Source: an uncultured bacterium
GTDB lineage: Bacteria > Patescibacteriota > JAHJAL01
Length of the DNA: 64,000 nucleotides
Direction of reading: 5' to 3'
NCBI GenBank assembly: GCA_938004065.1
Contig: CALKWM010000013.1
Span: forward strand, 75,914-139,913
A model generated the notes under the pieces. The model had not been told where the DNA came from and ran no database searches. It was given only the letters and a program-made list of their open reading frames with translations. Shown piece after piece: positions 20,607 to 30,816 of this stretch. A program made the translations under genes and the position numbers. Position 1 is the stretch's first letter. Every line of letters starts with the position of its first letter.

Positions 20607-21808
20607 TTAAGATTTGGGAATATTAATATTTTTTGTTGATTGTCTGGACCGTAATCTTGGACGATCAATCCCGCATTTTCCAACATAGGTAAAATTTCTT
20701 GTCTTAGTTTGTATTCAGGTAGAGGGTATTGGTAGGTTTGAAAGAATCTTTTCAAAATCTCTGGTCTACTTATTCCAATTCTTATATCTGGATAGTTTGA
20801 TATTTTTTCTTTATACAGAGGGAGAATAATTTCATTGAAAATACTATAAAGGTAGGGAGAGATATTTAATTCTTGGCTGACCGATATTTTGGACCATAGA
20901 TCATGGGCATAATTAATATCTTCTTCGTTGGCATATATGTTATTACCAACTTTTTTTCTAAACCAGAGATTAAGCAGGCTATAACATTTGACTAATGAAA
21001 TGAATCTTCCAATATCTCTTTGGTCGCGTGGTCTTAGTTTCTTTTTGGAGTCGAAAAATAATTTTTCTATTAAGTCGGGTTGTTCGATAATAATATTTTC
21101 TATTTTGGCTGATTTGATAGCCTCGATCCGATCAATAAGTGTTTGTCTTTCAGGATTATTTTGAATATTATTTTCATAAACTTCTTTGTTTGCTTCTTTG
21201 GTAATTTTAGTTTGTATTGACTCTTTTAATTTGTCTTGATTGGTGTCAGGTGAGAGCATGAGAAATCTTGTACTTTCCTGTTCGTCAATCTTGATACTTG
21301 CGCTACAGAAAATAACTGATGGGTAACCAATAATTATTGCTGTTTTAGTGCGGTGACCTCCTTTTTCTTTACGATCAGTTATCTTATTTATTAGTTCTTT
21401 TTTGTCATGAGAAAGTAATGGCCGGAATTTTTCGAGTAGATAATGATCTGGTTGGTCTAAAAAGATAATTATTTTTCTCGATAGGTTGATAATAGTTGTG
21501 TTGGTTTTTTGGTTGTATTCTCCTTGTTCATGAAAGAATGATGTTGGAGAACATGATCCAAGTATTAGTAAATCTTCTTTAGGGAAATAATTTGAGATTT
21601 CTAAGGGGATGTAACTTTTACCCGCTGATGAGGGGGCATTGAAACTAATATTGAATTGAGAATCATTTGTATATGCCGATAAACAACATAAAAATGTTGC
21701 TAGTTTATTGTGATTGTCTTTTTTGACCGTTAGGTCTAGAATTTTGATTATTTCCTCAGGAGTAATTGGATTGAAATTTTTATTAATAGAAATATTATTT
21801 TCTTTCAT
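20600..21808 (-). CDS. P-loop NTPase, probable element replication helicase/ATPase
   Basis: Walker A APSSAGKS, IIIFLDQ Walker-B-like motif, STRF, possible C-terminal winged helix. Confidence 0.7.
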   Translation of the reverse strand: MKENNISINKNFNPITPEEIIKILDLTVKKDNHNKLATFLCCLSAYTNDSQFNISFNAPSSAGKSYIPLEISNYFPKEDLLILGSCSPTSFFHEQGEYNQKTNTTIINLSRKIIIFLDQPDHYLLEKFRPLLSHDKKELINKITDRKEKGGHRTKTAIIIGYPSVIFCSASIKIDEQESTRFLMLSPDTNQDKLKESIQTKITKEANKEVYENNIQNNPERQTLIDRIEAIKSAKIENIIIEQPDLIEKLFFDSKKKLRPRDQRDIGRFISLVKCYSLLNLWFRKKVGNNIYANEEDINYAHDLWSKISVSQELNISPYLYSIFNEIILPLYKEKISNYPDIRIGISRPEILKRFFQTYQYPLPEYKLRQEILPMLENAGLIVQDYGPDNQQKILIFPNLNL

Positions 21809-21998
21809 GGTGATTTTGATTAATATATTTGGATAATTTTTTTTCTTCTGATGGAGTTAGGGGCTTGGAATAAACTACATAATACAAATTGAGAAATTTT
21901 TGATATTGGTCATAGGCCTCCTTATCACTTAAATCTTGATTAAAGTGTTTCTTTACCATTTGTTTAAACTTCTCAATTGTTTCTTTGCTGATAATCAT
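21795..21998 (-). CDS. small hypothetical protein (island)
   Basis: 67-aa ORF translationally coupled to its neighbours. Confidence 0.6.
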   Translation of the reverse strand: MIISKETIEKFKQMVKKHFNQDLSDKEAYDQYQKFLNLYYVVYSKPLTPSEEKKLSKYINQNHHERK

Positions 21999-22235
21999 TT
22001 ATGAGTGGTAAATCCTTGTCTTAAGCAGTTTTTGATTATATGCAAATAGAATTGGATCGACCTTGGCTTGGTGACTGAAATATAATTCGATAAGTCTATC
22101 GAGGTTGTCGTCGCGTATGATATAGAAGACGGTTGTGTTATCTTTGTTTTTTTCGGTGCTAGAAATACAGTATCCAGATGAAATAATGAACGAACAAAGA
22201 TTGAGATCTGATGATTTAAAATAGTTATTTTGCAT
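21999..22235 (-). CDS. DUF5659-like small protein
   Basis: FKSSDLNLCSFI...VDP...KLLKTRIY pattern typical of this mobile-element family. Confidence 0.6.
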   Translation of the reverse strand: MQNNYFKSSDLNLCSFIISSGYCISSTEKNKDNTTVFYIIRDDNLDRLIELYFSHQAKVDPILFAYNQKLLKTRIYHS

Positions 22236-22393
22236 AATTGTTTTATTAATAGTAATTTTTTTCCAGTTGCTATTTTTCAGAATAGAGTAAATATGAGATT
22301 CCCTGTATTGGTCCTCGTGAAAATTTGAATAATAAAAAAATATGGTTAGAAAACCATATTTTAAAAAGTTATTAACACCTATTTGAAGGACTG

Positions 22394-23515
22394 TTACTTC
22401 TTGATTATTTCGTATTTAACATAATTTAGGACATATCCATGACCTTTTTTCTTGTTTATCAAATTATGTCTAACATTTAAATATTTTATAAATCTTTTGT
22501 TTATCTTTTTTATGGCTTTGTTTATGGATGATATTCCAGATTTGTATTGAATTTTAGAATTTAATTCTGTACTGGATATTGGGTTTTTATTAAGTAGTAA
22601 AACAATTTTTTTGCAATTATTTTTTATAGGATATATGAATTTGCGGTTGAAAATTTCCTTATATATGCCGTATTTTTTGCTAATATGAATAGTTGTTTTC
22701 CCATTGTTGTCGTTTTGTTCACATATCAAGTTTTGATATGTGTCGTTATTAATAAGTTGGTCAATTATGTGTAAGTGGAGTCTGTGCACATCGGAATATA
22801 TTTCGTCAATATTGTATGAATCAGAATAGTCTATTTTGCCGGATATTAAACATTTTATTTCATTACTCATCAGTTTGTATTCCACATATTGATTGGTTAA
22901 ATATGTTTTATCAATTAATTTTTCTAATTTTTTAGATTCATAAATTATTAGATAAATATTTATGAGATTATTAAGACTAGCCCATAATTTGGTGATGCTT
23001 TCTGTTTCGTAGTTATTTTTTGTTGTTAAATAGTTTCGAAATGTATCTTCGTATTTAAATTTTTTTTCTTGTTTCTTTCTATTGTGTTTTTGATTAAGAA
23101 AAAATTTATTTACCAATTTTGAATATGGTGATTTGCCAATCTTGAATATAATTTCTTTTATGGTTTCGTAATTATATTTGGTGTTAATTATTGAAGGAGT
23201 GAATTCTCTTGCTGGGGGAAATAGTAATTCAGAATATTCGGTATTTGTTGTAATGAAATTGAGACTATTACTATTGTTTGTAATAATTGTTTGAAGCTTC
23301 TTAATTATTTTATTTGTAGTATTATTTATTTTATTCTGTTTGTTGGTTAAATTGTTGTAAGCATTTCGGCTTTCTTTTATTTTTTTGTTAAGTATTTCTT
23401 TGGTTATTGTGTTGTCATTTATAAATTTTATATAGTCTGCAACATTGATGAAGAATATTTTTGGGTCTTGTGAAATTAAATTAAAATTTTGATTAATTGA
23501 ATCGATTAAATTCAT
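22394..23515 (-). CDS. hypothetical protein, possible C-terminal winged-helix DNA-binding domain
   Basis: 373 aa, very AT-rich; C-terminal SINKAIKKIN...GHGYVLN. Confidence 0.6.
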   Translation of the reverse strand: MNLIDSINQNFNLISQDPKIFFINVADYIKFINDNTITKEILNKKIKESRNAYNNLTNKQNKINNTTNKIIKKLQTIITNNSNSLNFITTNTEYSELLFPPAREFTPSIINTKYNYETIKEIIFKIGKSPYSKLVNKFFLNQKHNRKKQEKKFKYEDTFRNYLTTKNNYETESITKLWASLNNLINIYLIIYESKKLEKLIDKTYLTNQYVEYKLMSNEIKCLISGKIDYSDSYNIDEIYSDVHRLHLHIIDQLINNDTYQNLICEQNDNNGKTTIHISKKYGIYKEIFNRKFIYPIKNNCKKIVLLLNKNPISSTELNSKIQYKSGISSINKAIKKINKRFIKYLNVRHNLINKKKGHGYVLNYVKYEIIKK

Positions 23516-23708
23516 ATAAATTGTAATAGAAATATAATATTTAAACTGTTTTTATGTTAGTTTAATTGTATTATCTTATCAAATAAAGACTGACTAGATT
23601 TGAATTTTGGTGATAAAAAAGATTATCATTAATGTGGTTAGTCATATTACTGAATAGTTAACCGTATAATTTAGAGCCTAAACCTTATAAAGTAATATTT
23701 TTAAGGCA

Positions 23709-23833
23709 TGGCGAAAAAACCTTATGCATAAAGATGGTTCTTCTGACCAGCTTACTTGCATAAGGTCTATATCCGAAAGGGTATAGGGTGATCTCGAAAG
23801 AGAAAGCCGAGTTGTGTTAGAAGAGCCTTTTTT
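23709..23833 (+). ncRNA. candidate structured RNA (multi-stem with possible pseudoknot)
   Basis: ACCTTATGCA/TGCATAAGGT stem, two GAAA-tetraloop hairpins, loop GGTTCTTCTGAC complementary to GTTAGAAGAGCC, T-run. Confidence 0.5.
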
Positions 23834-23922
23834 GTATTTTGAAAGAAAATTTATTTAGGATGGACAAAGTAATTATAAATTTGGTGTAATTCTTTATTTA
23901 AATAAATTATTGGGTAATTATT

Positions 23923-24672
23923 ATGGACAAAGAAAAAGAAGGTGAGCAAATAGTTTCGGTCAAATCGTCTAATTTTGGTTGCCTTACTGTTTTTATTTGG
24001 TTCGTAGGATTTATGTGTTTATTTTGGGGGTTAATAATAATTTCGAATTTTTCGATTGTTAATTTTGTTTCTGGTGTTTTGTTGGTAATCGCAGGTTTAA
24101 TTATGTTTCCACCTGTGAGAAATATGATTGAGAAAAAAACAGGAATAAAATTATCCAATGCTTTGTCTTGTGTGTTAGTTTTTATTCTTTTTGTAATAGG
24201 AATTGTGCTTGGTTCTTCATTTAGACAGATAAACAGTAATTTGGATAATAAGTCAGATAATAAACAAGAAACAATCAAGACAATAAATATGGAGAAGTTG
24301 GTCGGTTTTGATTTGCGGAACAAACAACCTATTGGGGATGAGAATATTTATACATATAATCCAGTAAAGAATAATGATTATTCTATTGCTGTTTTAACGA
24401 GTAAAACAGCTAGCAATATTCATGAAGATAGCTATTTATTGGAAAAAAATAGTAAAGATATTAATGGAATAAATGTTGAAGTTGGGTATAAAGATTTTTC
24501 AGAAAAGGATGGTGTAGTACTTACAAGAAAATATGAAGGTCTTGCTTTTGATTTTGAGTATAATAATCGATTTTACTCTGGGGAAGTTTCTAATTTAAAA
24601 GGTGAATCAGTAAAAGAGAAATTGGATGAAATTTTAGTTAATTTTCTGCAATCAGTCCAGGGTAAATCTTAA
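23923..24672 (+). CDS. membrane protein with C-terminal soluble domain
   Basis: Three TM segments followed by a hydrophilic domain. Confidence 0.7.
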   Translation: MDKEKEGEQIVSVKSSNFGCLTVFIWFVGFMCLFWGLIIISNFSIVNFVSGVLLVIAGLIMFPPVRNMIEKKTGIKLSNALSCVLVFILFVIGIVLGSSFRQINSNLDNKSDNKQETIKTINMEKLVGFDLRNKQPIGDENIYTYNPVKNNDYSIAVLTSKTASNIHEDSYLLEKNSKDINGINVEVGYKDFSEKDGVVLTRKYEGLAFDFEYNNRFYSGEVSNLKGESVKEKLDEILVNFLQSVQGKS

Positions 24673-24752
24673 TAGTGATCAATTGTTTTTTATTTCGTGA
24701 ATTAAAAGTTTACAATGTAATTGTGGTTGAGTATTACTATTAATATTTATAT

Positions 24753-25574
24753 ATGACTATTCCAAAGAGAGTTTTTGATCGAATGACTAAAATGTTGGCG
24801 AAATATCAACAGGTTTTGAGAATTGCCAAAGATAGGGATGTGAATGAGTCTGATACGGTAATGATTATCAAGGATATTTTGGCTGATGTTTTGGGCTATG
24901 ATAAATATTTAGAAGTAACTAGTGAGTTTGCCATTAGGGGGACGTTTTGTGATGTGGCGGTCAAAATTGATAGCAAGATTGAGTTTTTATTGGAAGCTAA
25001 GGCAATTGGTTTGGAATTAAAAGAGAATCATTTAAGACAAGCTCTTGATTATGGAGCTAATAATGGCGTACAGTGGGTTGTTTTGTCGAATGGGATCGTC
25101 TGGAACATATACAAGATAAAATTTGAAAAACCGATTGGATATGATTTTGTTTGTTCTTTGAATATGTTGGAGCTTGATCCAAAGAGCGAACAAGATATTG
25201 AGAAGCTTTTCATTTTATGCAAAGAGGGAATAGTAAAGGATGCAAGAGAGGAATATTTTGAAAAAAGGCAAAGCGTAAATCGTTTTGTTTTAGGCGAATT
25301 GCTTTTAAGGGAAAATGTTCTTTTTGAGATTAGAAAGCAATTAAGAAAAATGTCTGAAGGAGTGCCGGTTGATATAGATGATATTCAAAAGGTTTTGAAG
25401 AATGAAGTTATTAAGAGGGATGTGCTTGAAGGAGATGAGGCTAAAAAAGCACGGGACAGGATAAATAAGTTTTATCGTAAACAGGCTAAAAAGAATGAAA
25501 AGAAGATTGAGGTTGTAAATAAAGAGAAATTAGATTCTTCTAATGTTTCAATAGATGAAGCTAATATTGGATAA
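24753..25574 (+). CDS. type I restriction enzyme HsdR N-terminal-like (PD-(D/E)xK) nuclease domain protein
   Basis: NESDT...LGYD...CDVAV...LEAKA...QALDYG...LSNG. Confidence 0.8.
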   Translation: MTIPKRVFDRMTKMLAKYQQVLRIAKDRDVNESDTVMIIKDILADVLGYDKYLEVTSEFAIRGTFCDVAVKIDSKIEFLLEAKAIGLELKENHLRQALDYGANNGVQWVVLSNGIVWNIYKIKFEKPIGYDFVCSLNMLELDPKSEQDIEKLFILCKEGIVKDAREEYFEKRQSVNRFVLGELLLRENVLFEIRKQLRKMSEGVPVDIDDIQKVLKNEVIKRDVLEGDEAKKARDRINKFYRKQAKKNEKKIEVVNKEKLDSSNVSIDEANIG

Positions 25575-25604
25575 CTGAGATGATTTATTTATAAATATAA
25601 ATTT

Positions 25605-26624
25605 ATGTATTACGATAAAAAGCCTTATATCTCTTTGCTAAATGAAATTAAAAATGGTGGTGTTGAGGCAATTAAAGATTTAGTTGCAAGAAAAGAGTCA
25701 GAAGGATATTTTCTTGATTTCAAAAGAACATCTATAGGTGATTATAGTAACAAAAAATCACTTGAGGATAGTGATAGAAATAACTATGCAAGATCGATAT
25801 CTGGTTTTGGAAATTCTGAAGGTGGAATAATTATATGGGGAGTAGGAACTGGGAAAGATGAGGATGTGGCTAAAGATTTATTACCAATAAAATCAGTCAG
25901 TAATTTCGTGTCCATATTAAATTCGCAAGTTAGTAGATTGACGGTCCCTCAGCATCCATCTGTTAATAGTTTTACTATAATTGATAATGAGCAAGGGGAA
26001 GATTGTGGTTATGTTGTTACTGAAGTGCCTAAGTATGAAGGATTGCCAATACAAGTTATTTTTGATTATAAGTATTATATGCGAGCGGGAGAATCATTTG
26101 TTCCTATTACTCATTCAGTATTGGCTGGTATGTTTGGACGTAAGCCCGCTCCAAATGTGGGTATAAATTATATTACTAGGGAAGGGGATCCAAAGTTGGA
26201 GGATGGATTTATAAAATTTTCAGTTGGCATACAATTAGTTAATCTTGGGATGGGAATTGCTAGAGATATTTTTCTAAATAATATGATCTTTACTCCAAAA
26301 GGTAATTCAAAGATTGAAAAAGAATATAGTGATAAGAATTTTGTTGGATATGAAGTATTCGGCGTAGGTGATAATTTAATTTCGGTTAATCATTTAAGGT
26401 TGGCTCCAGAGCAAAGAGTTCAACCCTTAACTTTATTTTTTAGTTTAAAAGAACCTTTTGAAAGTGGAATAAATTGGGATTTGCTGGTGGGTGCTGATTC
26501 ACAAATGCCTCACAAAATGGAAATATTTCACACAAAAGAGAAATTAATTGAGATGTGTAATAAATACATATCTGACTCAAATTATCCGTTTAGAGAAAAT
26601 TTTGTAAGAGGAAAAAATGAATAA
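25605..26624 (+). CDS. Schlafen/AlbA_2 domain protein
   Basis: ESEGYFLDFK, ISGFGNSEGGIIIWGV, YYMRAGES. Confidence 0.85.
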   Translation: MYYDKKPYISLLNEIKNGGVEAIKDLVARKESEGYFLDFKRTSIGDYSNKKSLEDSDRNNYARSISGFGNSEGGIIIWGVGTGKDEDVAKDLLPIKSVSNFVSILNSQVSRLTVPQHPSVNSFTIIDNEQGEDCGYVVTEVPKYEGLPIQVIFDYKYYMRAGESFVPITHSVLAGMFGRKPAPNVGINYITREGDPKLEDGFIKFSVGIQLVNLGMGIARDIFLNNMIFTPKGNSKIEKEYSDKNFVGYEVFGVGDNLISVNHLRLAPEQRVQPLTLFFSLKEPFESGINWDLLVGADSQMPHKMEIFHTKEKLIEMCNKYISDSNYPFRENFVRGKNE

Positions 26625-27111
26625 TTTCGATAAACTATCTAGAAGGGCCGAGGAATTAGATAGAATGTCCCAAAGTGGTATTTCTGATAGATTAACTTTG
26701 GAGGAGGCGAGTAATATTGTTAATATTTGGGGAGTTTTTTTAGAGTATTCTGGGGTGATTGGAATACTTTTTTGTAATAATATTCCTGAGTCTTTATTGC
26801 CATATCCTAAACATATTTTGGTTGGAGCAATTAATAAAATGGCTGAATATTATCATGATCAAGGACTAAGCGATAAGGTGGGTGTTTTAGAGTCTACTTT
26901 GATCGGATTGACTGCATACACGAATGATATAGAGGCAGTAAATGAGAGTCTAAAACAATTTCAAAATGAAAAATGGAGGGAGGCATTTATTCCAGGTCTA
27001 AAAAGATTTCAAAGAAATCAAATGGAGAATGGTTATTTGGTTGATAAAAAACTTTGGAAGTTTGGTAAATCTCGATTAGAAGAGATAAATGAATTTTTAG
27101 AATGGGATTAG
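26617..27111 (+). CDS. hypothetical protein
   Basis: 164-aa ORF overlapping the AlbA_2 gene stop. Confidence 0.65.
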   Translation: MNNFDKLSRRAEELDRMSQSGISDRLTLEEASNIVNIWGVFLEYSGVIGILFCNNIPESLLPYPKHILVGAINKMAEYYHDQGLSDKVGVLESTLIGLTAYTNDIEAVNESLKQFQNEKWREAFIPGLKRFQRNQMENGYLVDKKLWKFGKSRLEEINEFLEWD

Positions 27112-27114
27112 TAG

Positions 27115-27618
27115 ATGACAATTAGAAAAGTTCGGGATTATTTTTTTAAGCTATATATGAAGATTGCTTCAAAAAAAGAAGAGAGAGGATTAAATGAAAA
27201 TAACAGAAACTTAATTGTTGTCTTTGTTTTTATTGTTTTGTTGTTATTTGGTCCGATTGAATCATATGGATTATTTGTGCGAATTATGTATCTAATTTTA
27301 GTTCCTGTGTTTCTTTGGTTGATTTTAAGGTTTTGGGGCGGTAAGTTGCCCTTAGATAAGCAATTAAACAATTATTTAAATCGAGGGATATATGCTTTAA
27401 TTGCTGGCATGTTGATTGTGAGTGCATATATTTCCTTTATAACGAAAAATCATACCGTATGCGACCAACTCGTGCAAACACGAGATGGACAAGAATGTGT
27501 TGGGGATTATGTATTGGTAAATGGTCCAGATGTAGTTGGTGTCGTTATGCAGATAATATTTGCTGGTATATTATTCTGGCTAGCAGTTTCGAAAAGAAAG
27601 GATGGCGAAGATATTTAG
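27115..27618 (+). CDS. 4-TM hypothetical membrane protein
   Basis: Hydrophobic helices; Cys pair in a loop. Confidence 0.65.
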   Translation: MTIRKVRDYFFKLYMKIASKKEERGLNENNRNLIVVFVFIVLLLFGPIESYGLFVRIMYLILVPVFLWLILRFWGGKLPLDKQLNNYLNRGIYALIAGMLIVSAYISFITKNHTVCDQLVQTRDGQECVGDYVLVNGPDVVGVVMQIIFAGILFWLAVSKRKDGEDI

Positions 27619-27669
27619 CGAGCAATAATATAGGATGATTGTTAGTGACTACAAAACAGGTTTGATTTT

Positions 27670-28311
27670 GTGAATTTCATTGTGTTTATCAGTAAAATAA
27701 TTTATATGCCAAAGTCTAGAGGAGAATATTCGGAAGATATTGAAAGTCAATATAGAAGACTTGAGAGAGTATATAATAAGTTAACTCAAGATTTTAACAA
27801 AGAAAGTTTATCAAAAAGTTCTCAAGAGATTCTTGATTCTGTGATTGAATTTATGACCGTTTGTTATCACTTGCGTGAATTGATAAAAAAAGACCGAAAG
27901 GTTAACAATGTTATTAAGAATAAGTTGCCATTATTTACAGATGTAGATAATAACATTGACCCTACTGATTCAAAAATTGGTTTATTAATTTGTCGTGATT
28001 TGTGTAACAAGTCTAAACATGGATCATTAGACAAAAAGTGGAGACCAAATGATGAGCATACAAAGATTAATATAACTGGTGGGTCGCTGTTTTCAGTTTC
28101 AGTAGAAGAATTAAAAGCCGCTAATAAAGAAAAAATGACTATTCATCTTAAGGAAGGTGATAGTATTTATATAGGAAATTTTACGGTTTTTTTTCGAGGA
28201 AAAAATTATAATTTACTTGGTGTGGTGGATTCATGTATGCATTTTTGGAAAAAATTTTTTGAAGAAAATAATCTTCTTATGCCGAGATATACATTGCGAA
28301 ATAACTTGTGA
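27670..28311 (+). CDS. hypothetical protein, possible HEPN-like RNase
   Basis: CYHLRE and CRDLCNKSKH pattern; start may be ATG 27706. Confidence 0.5.
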   Translation: MNFIVFISKIIYMPKSRGEYSEDIESQYRRLERVYNKLTQDFNKESLSKSSQEILDSVIEFMTVCYHLRELIKKDRKVNNVIKNKLPLFTDVDNNIDPTDSKIGLLICRDLCNKSKHGSLDKKWRPNDEHTKINITGGSLFSVSVEELKAANKEKMTIHLKEGDSIYIGNFTVFFRGKNYNLLGVVDSCMHFWKKFFEENNLLMPRYTLRNNL

Positions 28312-28411
28312 GTAAGGGAGGGGGGTAACTAAATTGTAATCAGTTAATTGGTTTTAGTTTTGAGTATTGCGCGGAGTTTTTCTTAAAAACACAGTTTATG
28401 ACTGTGTTTTT
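28308..28411 (+). repeat. att-like repeat 1 + terminator-like hairpin
   Basis: GTGAGTAAGGGAGGGGGGTAACTA...GTATTGCGCGGAG then AAAAACACAGT-ttatg-ACTGTGTTTTT. Confidence 0.75.
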
Positions 28412-28485
28412 ATTAATTAGAATTTAATACTATTATTGTATAATAACGTTTGGAACTTAGATTGTATATTTTCTGTTAATAAAAT

Positions 28486-29244
28486 ATGGCGATGAAAATG
28501 TTTGAAAAAGCGATAAAAAATTTTATTCCTTATATGATAGCTATTCTTGTAGGGATAGTTTTTTGTTACTTGTTAATTAGTCTTGGTGGTAGTTTGTCGA
28601 GTGTATTTATTGAAATCTCTGTTTTTTTGTTAATATTGTTCATCTGTTATGTGATTTTTTTATTTGTAGATGAAAAAGAGAGTAATTATATTATGACTCT
28701 CGAAGAAGGCAGAGATATTGCAAATAATAATTTAGAAAAGGACCAAATTTTGTCTTTATTGTGTAGTTATGGGTCCCAAAGAGTTGGTCAAGATCAGGTT
28801 GTTTGGAATATGTTTGGTGCTTTTTGGGCTACAAATGCATTGTTATTGGTTAGTGTTTTTTCTGCTGATGAAGTATGGGATAAAAAATATGTTTGGTTAG
28901 TTGTGTCATTAATTGGTTTTATGGTCTCGGTGGCTTGGTTTTTAGTTCAGGATAGAATGTTGAATAGAATTGCTAGATATGAAATTTCAATTAAGTTTAT
29001 AGAAAAAACGTTAGTTTTTCCAAAACCATTGAGAACATATTCAAATTCTCCTCTAAGGTCCTTGATTGATGTAAGGGCTAGAAATGTTATGCGTTTGGTT
29101 GTTTTTTTGATCGGTGTGACTTGGTTGATAAAAGCCTTACTTGTATATGTACCTTCAATATTTATTATTGTAATTAAGTTTTTTGTTTGGATTGTTGCAG
29201 TGTTAGTATGGGTTATTGCATATTTGCTAAGTATTTTGTATTAG
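28486..29244 (+). CDS. multi-TM membrane protein (RipA/SLATT-like effector candidate)
   Basis: VWNMFGAFWATNALLL followed by a TM pair; sole gene between att repeats 1 and 2. Confidence 0.55.
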   Translation: MAMKMFEKAIKNFIPYMIAILVGIVFCYLLISLGGSLSSVFIEISVFLLILFICYVIFLFVDEKESNYIMTLEEGRDIANNNLEKDQILSLLCSYGSQRVGQDQVVWNMFGAFWATNALLLVSVFSADEVWDKKYVWLVVSLIGFMVSVAWFLVQDRMLNRIARYEISIKFIEKTLVFPKPLRTYSNSPLRSLIDVRARNVMRLVVFLIGVTWLIKALLVYVPSIFIIVIKFFVWIVAVLVWVIAYLLSILY

Positions 29245-29313
29245 TAAAGTGGTTCTAACATCGTGTATTGCGCGGAGTTTTGTTTTGAAAGCACAGTTTA
29301 TGACTGTGTTTTT
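29241..29313 (+). repeat. att-like repeat 2 (5'-truncated) + hairpin
   Basis: TTAGTAAAGTGGTTCTAACATCGTGTATTGCGCGGAG...GCACAGTTTATGACTGTGT. Confidence 0.8.
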
Positions 29314-29381
29314 GTTGTTTTTGTATTGAATTGAGATATATTAGTGATATGATTAACTTACTAGTTGGTTAATATGATTTT

Positions 29382-29969
29382 ATGAAAAATAATAATGCTA
29401 AATCAGGTATAATACAGAACACAAAAGAGTTAATAATAAAGAAGGCTTCCGAATTGTTTGCTGATAGCGGTTATCTTGGTGTTTCTATGGAGGATATTGC
29501 CAAGCAACTTAGTATTACAAAAGCCGCTTTGTATTATCATTTTACTGGAAAGGAAGAGTTGTATTCTTCGGTATTGGATGATGTATATTTATCGATGAAT
29601 AAGAAGATAGAAGCAATAAATTTAAAACAAGATTCAACGAAAATTCTGGAGGATTATATTAAGGTTTATATTGATTTTACGATGAAGGAAAAGACATTAT
29701 TGAAAATTTTGTTGCCTAGGGTGATGATGGAAAATGAGGAAATTAGAAAGAAAATTCTTAGTATTCGTAATTTATTCTTGGAAAAAGTTAAGTTTCACTT
29801 AAAAGAGATTGGTAGACAGAAATATCAAAAAGATAAAAAAATGTTGGAGGATGATTCCTTGATGATTATGTATTTTGTTGAAGGATTGCTGTTTGACAAT
29901 TTGATGATAAATAATAAGATTAATTCTTCTAAAATATCTAAGATAATCGTGGCGAAAATAGCAGATTAA
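29382..29969 (+). CDS. TetR/AcrR family transcriptional regulator
   Basis: LFADSGYLGVSMEDIAKQLSITKAALYYHFTGKEELY HTH. Confidence 0.93.
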   Translation: MKNNNAKSGIIQNTKELIIKKASELFADSGYLGVSMEDIAKQLSITKAALYYHFTGKEELYSSVLDDVYLSMNKKIEAINLKQDSTKILEDYIKVYIDFTMKEKTLLKILLPRVMMENEEIRKKILSIRNLFLEKVKFHLKEIGRQKYQKDKKMLEDDSLMIMYFVEGLLFDNLMINNKINSSKISKIIVAKIAD

Positions 29970-30631
29970 TTGAAAATTATGTCTTTGAGATGATTGATTG
30001 TTTGCTTTGAATAGATAATAGAAATATGTCCCAGAACATTAATTTGTATGTTTTGGGTATTTTTTAATTGGCTAGAAATACTTGGAACTATCTCATCATA
30101 TTTTGATCTGAGGTTAATAATTTTTGGTCTGAATTTATTTTGTGATAATTTTTTCAGAAATTTGCTATTAAGAACGAGTTGATCGGCGGGAATAAATTGT
30201 TGTGGAGGTAATATATTGGCTAGAGGACTGCCATGAATAGGCGAAGCTATTGTGATAACTTTTTTTATTGTTTTTGGATATTTTTTTTCGTAGTTTAGGG
30301 CAATTATTCCACCTAGACTATGGCCGATTAGAATGATGTTTTTGAGTTGATGTTTTTTGATATATTGATTCAGTTTGTCGGTTGTTTTTTCTATGTCTTC
30401 GATATACCATCCAAGATTGGGTATATGAATATTGTGGTTTGATTTATTGAGTTTTTTGAGAAAAGGATAGTAGAGTGGGTGTTGGGTAAACCAGCCGTGA
30501 AGAAAGATGATATTTTTACGGTTAATTGGAGAGGAAATAATTGTTTCTGGCAAAAATATTTGAAATAAGCCGGAAGGAATATAGAGAAAAATGAGGATTA
30601 TTTCGCTGACAATATTGATGATGGTAAGCAT
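29966..30631 (-). CDS. alpha/beta hydrolase (lipase/esterase)
   Basis: FLHG, GHSLGG nucleophile elbow, DEIV, GH. Confidence 0.88.
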   Translation of the reverse strand: MLTIINIVSEIILIFLYIPSGLFQIFLPETIISSPINRKNIIFLHGWFTQHPLYYPFLKKLNKSNHNIHIPNLGWYIEDIEKTTDKLNQYIKKHQLKNIILIGHSLGGIIALNYEKKYPKTIKKVITIASPIHGSPLANILPPQQFIPADQLVLNSKFLKKLSQNKFRPKIINLRSKYDEIVPSISSQLKNTQNIQINVLGHISIIYSKQTINHLKDIIFN

Positions 30632-30816
30632 ATTGTAATGATTATAAATAATGAAAAGCTCCCTAAAAAATATTCAGGGAGCGTGAATTTATTTTATTTT
30701 TATAATGAACTCGCTAATCAATGTCGTTGATTTACTGAGTCCAAGAAAATATATGTATATATTAGCGGCAAGATATCCTAGCCAATAAAGAATGTTTATA
30801 ATTGCTTTTATTTTTA

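Noticed and set aside
17816-28311. Prophage
   Set aside because: No structural, terminase or lysis genes recognised
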